A stretch of 63,746 bases of DNA, counting the filler, from Craspedostauros australis (Eukaryota), in NCBI GenBank assembly GCA_030167865.1. It is 9 parts of 9 records of this genome, joined end to end, with 100 filler letters (N's around TTAATTAATTAA, not from the genome) between each part and the next. Parts side by side here need not be neighbours in the genome. Positions count along the whole stretch, not along the records: positions 57,834 to 60,490 come from JALAGF010003409.1; positions 60,591 to 62,480 come from JALAGF010003412.1; positions 62,581 to 63,746 come from JALAGF010003452.1; 6 more parts are not named here. One strand, written 5' to 3'. The notes under the pieces are model-generated. The model worked only from the letters and a program-made list of their open reading frames with translations. It was not told the origin of the DNA and did no database searches. Shown here piece after piece: positions 57,834 to 63,746 of this stretch (within the stretch, counting starts at the first letter, position 1; every line of letters begins with the position of its first letter). A program made the translations under genes and the position numbers.

Positions 57834-59643
57834 GTTTCTTGATGCTCCTCGGAGAATGGCTTTGCCTCTTGTGAACAGATTCGAGACGGGAGATGGCGCG
57901 ATCTGGTCTCTGCCTTCAACCTTGTGCCTCTCTGTGTCCTTCACTGCGGCATCATGATCCTTGATCAATCGATCGCGGAACTGTGCGGGAAAGAGAGATG
58001 TGACGATGGCATTCGTTCGGGCAGCTGAATGCATCACGGTCTTCTGCCGGTTCTGAACGAGATAATCATACAGGATGAAGGCTACCGAAGTCACCATGAA
58101 GACCAGGACGACGGCGATGGTGTAAGTCAACGGTGTGCTTGTGATGTACTCAGACTCAAAGTCTTCTGTTGGATATAGACTTATCGAGTAGTGGCATACG
58201 TGCAGATATTCGGTACCTTCCAGGATTGAGAACTTGGCAGACAACTCCAGATGGTCGAATCGGCTGTCGTGATAATCGCCAACCCCGGTATGCATGACTT
58301 CGGGTCCAGAGATGCGGTAGCTGATGGTTTGATCGCACGTGCTCTTGATGACCAGATCGATGGGTCGGACGCCAGCAGGGACGATCTTTTCGAAGTAATT
58401 GTGCCAAGGAATGATAGAGACGAAGATGGCCACCATCGATGCGTTCTTCTCAAAGGATGAATAGATCGGTTGCACGATGTAGCTGGCTGGCCAGCTCGAT
58501 GGGGATGTACTTGTTGAGTTGGCATAGACGATAACTTCGGAAAGTACCGGAGCGTTTGATTTGCACACCTGATCGTAGACAGTGAGGAAGCCATCGCTGA
58601 GGCTCAAAAAGTTGAGGTTGATCATGGGTTTGGTTGGCGGGGTGGTCTGCCATGAAACGACGTAATCATCAAACTCCCGTTCTTCTCTGACTGGGGGCAA
58701 TCTCAACGAGTCGGAGAATGAGACACCTTCGGGCACACGATGGATGAAAGGAGGGATGCCACCCCCACCTCGACTTGGCCCCGTGGGCCTACCTCCTTGT
58801 TGTGCTGCATTTACGGTCTGGCTGCCAGTTTGTGCGCCGGTCGACGGAGGTCCAAGTGATGGGTTGAACAGACTGTCGGGAACGGGATCGTTGATCCAAC
58901 CCTGATTGGCGACGGAATACTCTTCCCACTTCTCTCGATCCTCACTAGAGACGACTGGACAGAAGCCGAGGTATCGTGAACCCGACAGCTCGAGCAGATG
59001 GAAACCGCGGTAGCTGTAGTGTGGGATCGTGACGAATGGCCAAGTCGCGTTTGTGGAAAGAGCGTACGATGTGATGACAAAGCTCATGGACTCGACCGTG
59101 GCGAAGATGGTCTGCGCAGATATCACTGATGCTTCAACTATCTCCGTGGCGTAGTTTGTGAACTGTTACATGATGATGCATGGTATGGTATGATATGGTA
59201 TATGCGCAATGCGCAGGGGCAGAAGTAGAGGGCAGGGGAATGGTGATGGTGAGGACTGAAGTGTAAGTGCATATGAGCAGAGAGGCGATGCGATTCAAAG
59301 AGAGAGAGAGAGAGAGAGACAGAGATCAACAGAGCTTTCATTATATTCCTAAACTCACCTCTGTTTCCAAAGAGTCTTGCTCTTCTTGAGACATCACCTT
59401 GTAGGTGAAGTATGCCATGATCCCAGTGGCGACGGTCAGGACGAAGACCACCAAGAACTTGGAAAGTCGAACTCGGTTGGTTTCCTTCGCGCCAATCGTT
59501 GTGTAGTGATCCTCCTCGTCGTTCAACTCATCACGCGACATCTGCTGAGCGTTTTGCTTGATAGGGTCTGCGCTCGTTTTGGATCCAATCATCGAGTTGC
59601 CATCGTGAGCCGAGGTCGACAATGAATTGGTTTCGTCCGACAT
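57834..59643 (-). CDS. 5' part of the same cyclase-PDE gene: exon 1 59643-59359, intron 59358-59163, exon 2 59162-57834
   Basis: MSDETNS... first TM (FLVVFVLTVATGIMAYF); phase-0 GTGAGT..CAG intron joins SLETE to FTNYATEIV; CHASE-like extracellular region (WPFVTIP, W-QTTPP); 57834-58397 is the reverse complement of 54675-55238. Confidence 0.88.
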
Positions 59644-60592
59644 GGTCTTGTTGAGGCTATGGTGGCTGTGGCGGCTGCGTTGGTGGTGATTCGCCAACGT
59701 CGTCGATGCTGCCCTTGTCTAAGTTAGGCTTTTGCCGCTGAATGTGGTCTGAAGATGGCGTTGCGCAGATGGATATTGTGCGCAGCCGAGCCCCCTTTGT
59801 GTTTGTGCTGTCTCTGGAAGTGTGTGCGGAAGGAGTGCTGGGATTGTGTTCGGAGAGACCTCCTGCGTATTCGTCCTGCAGTGGCTCGGGTGGCATGGCA
59901 GATCGTGCCATAGTCCCAGGGCTCTGCACTGACCTTCCAACAAACTGCAGATAGATCGTGCATACAAATAGTGCGTGTTCTGCCCGTGCTTCCTCGTTCG
60001 TCTGGTGGATCGTACCCACGAAGAGAGCGTCTTCATGAGGAGGTGGTAAAGGCCCCACCGGTGTTCCCTCCGTCGCACAGGTTCCTGTTCGCAAGTAAAG
60101 AGAGCGTGGGTGGCGTCGTCTTGGATGTCGCCCTCGCCTTTGGATGAGTGTTTCGTGTCCACGAGATACTGCAGTCCCGTTCAACACCAAAGAGAACTCT
60201 GACAGAAACCGACTCTCTGCCTTGGGTAGCGCGAGAAGCGGGTCACTTCTAGATATAATTGACTGGTTGATACAGCCGACCCATACGACTCCAGGGCATC
60301 ATCCGCAGGAAGAAGACGGGACACACAGCGGGAATGCAAACCATGTGCATCACCCCGCAATGGAGACTCAAACTTAACGTTTATAACGGCCACACATGGG
60401 CCATATCCCTAAGTAAGGACAATTCGAACCATGTGCGACAACGGCCATTTGATGGCAATGCGGAGCTCACAAAATGATCACCCGCAGCGANNNNNNNNNN
60501 NNNNNNNNNNNNNNNNNNNNNNNNNNNNNNNNNNTTAATTAATTAANNNNNNNNNNNNNNNNNNNNNNNNNNNNNNNNNNNNNNNNNNNNAG

Positions 60593-61198
60593 GATGGCAA
60601 CACCGTGCTCCATCTCGCAAGTGGCGATGGCCATCTCGATGTTGTGAAGCAGCTGGTTGAATCCGGTAAGGCCAATATCAACGCTGTGAACGACACATAC
60701 GAGACTCCACTCTACAAGGCATATCACAACAATCATTTCGACATTTTCAAGTATCTGGTCGCAGCACCAAATGCTGATTTGAACGTAAAAGACGAGAAAG
60801 GCAAAACCATCCTCCATCGCGCAAGCGCTAATGGTCATCTCGACGTTGTGAAGTCGTTGGTTGAACAAGGCAAGGTAGATGTCAACATCAAAACCAGCAA
60901 TCATGGCAACACAGCAATGCACTTTGCGAGCATCAATGGCAGATTGGAAGTCATGAAGTATTTGGTGGAAGTCTGCAACGCAAAAATCAACATTCGGAAC
61001 AAGTATGGCGGAACTGCACTTCGGTTGGCAAGTTGCAATGGTGAATTGGAAGTCGTCAAATACTTGGTAGAATCGTGCAACGCAGACATCAGCATCAAGG
61101 ATAATGATGGCGACACTGCACTGGATATTGCGAAAGAAAATGGCCACACTGATGTTGTCAACTACTTGACCACTCTTGCTTCAAGAGAGAAAGCATGA
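60593..61198 (+). CDS. Ankyrin-repeat protein, 5'-truncated
   Basis: About six repeats of G.T.LH.A...GHL.VVK.LVE...A.IN..D. Confidence 0.93.
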   Translation, partial: DGNTVLHLASGDGHLDVVKQLVESGKANINAVNDTYETPLYKAYHNNHFDIFKYLVAAPNADLNVKDEKGKTILHRASANGHLDVVKSLVEQGKVDVNIKTSNHGNTAMHFASINGRLEVMKYLVEVCNAKINIRNKYGGTALRLASCNGELEVVKYLVESCNADISIKDNDGDTALDIAKENGHTDVVNYLTTLASREKA

Positions 61199-61642
61199 AC
61201 ACAAATTGGACAAGAACCAACCAACCAGCCACTCGTCAAAGTAGTCTCGCTTAGCAGCTGTCAAGTGCTTAACATTCATCGTTGACGTAAATCAGTCGGT
61301 GGGTTCTATTGTTCAGTGGACTGCACTTATTGCACTACGGGATCATGGTTTGCTGCAATCTGCTTATCGTCGCTTCGTGTTGCAAGGTCATGGTACCTCT
61401 GTCCAGCCCATGCGTTGTTATGTGTTGCGATGTGTTGTGTTGTAGCAGGTATACGTATGGCATGCGATTGCGTTTTGCCTTTCTTGGAGGAAAGCGGCGC
61501 CATGGTCTGAGATTCACGATGTATCTCAGAGATACCATTGGCGCCGTGATGCGGGTGATGTGTTCATCTGCATGTTGATGTGTGTTGGTGTATTCTTGTG
61601 GCGCATTGTGGTTGCACCTCAACCCACCAGGTGGCAACGTGC

Positions 61643-62480
61643 TTACTTCTGCACACCCATCTCCTCGTCGCTCTCGCCAACGCTGTCGTTCTCCTCGTCC
61701 TGGTTCAGCTTGTTCATGGCGGCAGTCTCCATGCGAAGAGCAGACTCGAAGATGCGAGCCTCATCGTCGTTGTTGCACGAATTGATCTCCTCGCGGAGTC
61801 CCTTGATGTTAGACAGGATGCGCTCGCGACGGACGGAGTAAGACTCGGTCTGTGCGGCCAAAGCCTTCTGGAGCTCGAGGTACTCGCGTGGGACGGCGGT
61901 GGAACCGGCCTCACCGACAAGCACGTTGGTTCCCAAGTGCATGTTGCGGTTGCTCTGGTGGTCTGGCTTCATACCGGCGGCGCGCTCCTCCGGGGTGCCG
62001 ATGTACACCTCATCGAGCTGGAAGCCAGAGACGGCCTTGTGAATGGAAGCGAGAACCCAGGCACCGGAGCAGATACCAGTGGCCTCCAACAACAGGCAGA
62101 ACTGGAGGAAGATGTATACGATCGGGTTGGAAAGGAAGGCGATTGGGAAGACGGATGCAACCAGCTGCCATGTGATGGAGGCGATGATGGTGGTGATGAG
62201 GGCTCCGAGAAGTCCGGTGTTGAAGAATTCCTGGGTGCTGTCGGAGACTCCGAAGATGTTCTCGCCAGTTCCGACCTCGACATCAAGAGTGGTGACACGG
62301 GCGATGATGAAGAAGCACATGGTGACGCAGATCTGACGTCCGATCATGAATCCTGGAAGGTTGCGTCCGTCACCGCGGAAGAGGAGCTCGCAGGTTTTGC
62401 GGGCCATTGGGTGGTCTCCACGATCCTCCTTTGGAAGCTTGGCGACGGCGAAGAAGGCGATCTGCATACCCTCGAGCATA
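61643..62480 (-). CDS. SIT: Silicon transporter (diatom SIT), C-terminal half, 5'-truncated
   Basis: MLEGMQIAFFAVAKLP and FMIGRQICV (the GXQ motifs), TGLLGALITTIIASITWQLVAS, FQLDEVYIGTPEER, then a coiled-coil-like C-terminal tail. Confidence 0.95.
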
Positions 62481-62580
62481 NNNNNNNNNNNNNNNNNNNN
62501 NNNNNNNNNNNNNNNNNNNNNNNNTTAATTAATTAANNNNNNNNNNNNNNNNNNNNNNNNNNNNNNNNNNNNNNNNNNNN

Positions 62581-63746
62581 CGCAGGAGCACGTGCATGCA
62601 TCCTCCCAGGATGTAGTGCAACGCCATGTCGGGAATTGGATCGTTGTTGTATTCCCCCAACAATCGGTTGATGACCGGTCCATTGGCGAGAATCTCTTTG
62701 ATGGACCAGAAGTTGTCGCACAGCGTGGTTGCTGCCGTGCACACCCACAGGTGTCGCTCTCCTGCGTCGTCATCATCTGAGTACAAGCGCATGCCTGCCG
62801 TCATTACAGCGTTGTGGATGAGTTGTCGTTGCATGATCTCCACAGTTGCCGTTAGTCGTGGAATCGCATCGTTTCTGAAGTTGATGCCATGTCTGGTGAA
62901 TTCCATGATCGGCGCGAATGCGATGTCATATGGATAGACGACCTCTTCATTTGGATTGAATTGATCGTCTTCTACCAATCCGTTGCTGCGATCTTCGTTG
63001 AAGATACCCGTTCTGTTGTTCCCCGCTGCTGGAGGGGGCGGCGCCGCGCCGTTCGTCTCGTCTCCAGAGACGCCGTGGTTGTCTTGATCTGCGCCGTTCT
63101 CGTTGGTATTGGCATCCTCTGCGCTCATGGCCTCTTCGATGTTGATGTCAATGGCCTCGTTGCCCATCTCGGCTCCGTCGCCGTATGGACCGATCAGGTC
63201 GTGCGCGTTGAAGCAGCATTCGTAGCTCACTTCGCGTCTTGGATCCACCTCGTGGATGATGGGCTCCTCGCTGAGCCACTCCGGGACGATCTCATCGTCC
63301 TGTACTTCGTCGTCACTTTTGATGCACTCGAAGTTTTTGAAGAAGGAGTCGTCAATGTAGTTGTCAGACACCAACATGCAGAGCGGCATGTCCTTTGCTG
63401 AGAGTACCATCTTGTGTCCGCTCTTGTCATGTCCTTGTGTTGCTGTGTTGGCCTGCTCGTCAGCCTTCTTCTTCTCGTTGAACTTCTTCTTTCGGCGCTC
63501 TGCCTCGCAGTGTCCAAAGATGCCACAGTAGTTGCACTTCCTGTTGAAGCCGTTTCCCTTGTTGCGGTTGTTGTTGCGCTTTCCGTTCATTTTGTTGTTG
63601 TTGTTTTTCTTGTTGTTCGATTTCTTACGCTCGGGGCAATCCGCAGATCTGTGACCATACACACCACAGTTGTGGCAGGTCCCCTTGAAGTTACTGGTGC
63701 TCGTGAAGCCGGTGTCATTGCTCTTCATGTTGCTGTCTTGGAAGTC
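62581..63746 (-). mobile_element. Fragment of a second retroelement: Gag-like ORF with two zinc knuckles
   Basis: Frame is open across the whole contig; FKGTCHNCGVYGHRSADC and degenerate FNRKCNYCGIFGHCEAER; both ends truncated. Confidence 0.7.

Noticed and set aside
57834..58397. Inverted duplication giving two cyclase genes
   Set aside because: Exact overlap at contig ends; the two pieces are complementary halves of one gene.

Overview
Eukaryotic, almost certainly diatom DNA (probably pennate), judged from a silicon transporter with a C-terminal coiled coil, a CoDi-type Copia element and HA-domain and cyclase-PDE family genes. The window is not contiguous genome. It is nine contigs joined by identical artificial 100-nt linkers (N44-TTAATTAATTAA-N44). 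Two contig pairs overlap in reverse complement: 1..8357 = rc 12671..21027, and 54675..55238 = rc 57834..58397. These are most likely assembly redundancy, and merging them rebuilds (i) a cluster of four helicase-associated (HA) domain genes and (ii) one receptor-type cyclase-phosphodiesterase fusion gene. Other genes: a coiled-coil protein, a hypothetical protein, a divergent stand-alone DHFR, a 3-exon C2/U-box E3 ligase, an exostosin GT47, a secreted GMC oxidoreductase, a 7TM GPCR-like protein, an ankyrin protein, a SIT and a gag fragment. The most notable object is an intact, very young Ty1/Copia retrotransposon (47249..53647). It has identical 97-bp LTRs, a GCTGT target-site duplication, a putative -1 ribosomal frameshift cassette (G_GAU_UUU plus a bulged hairpin) between gag and pol, a PDZ-like insert between integrase and RT, and a non-canonical PBS.
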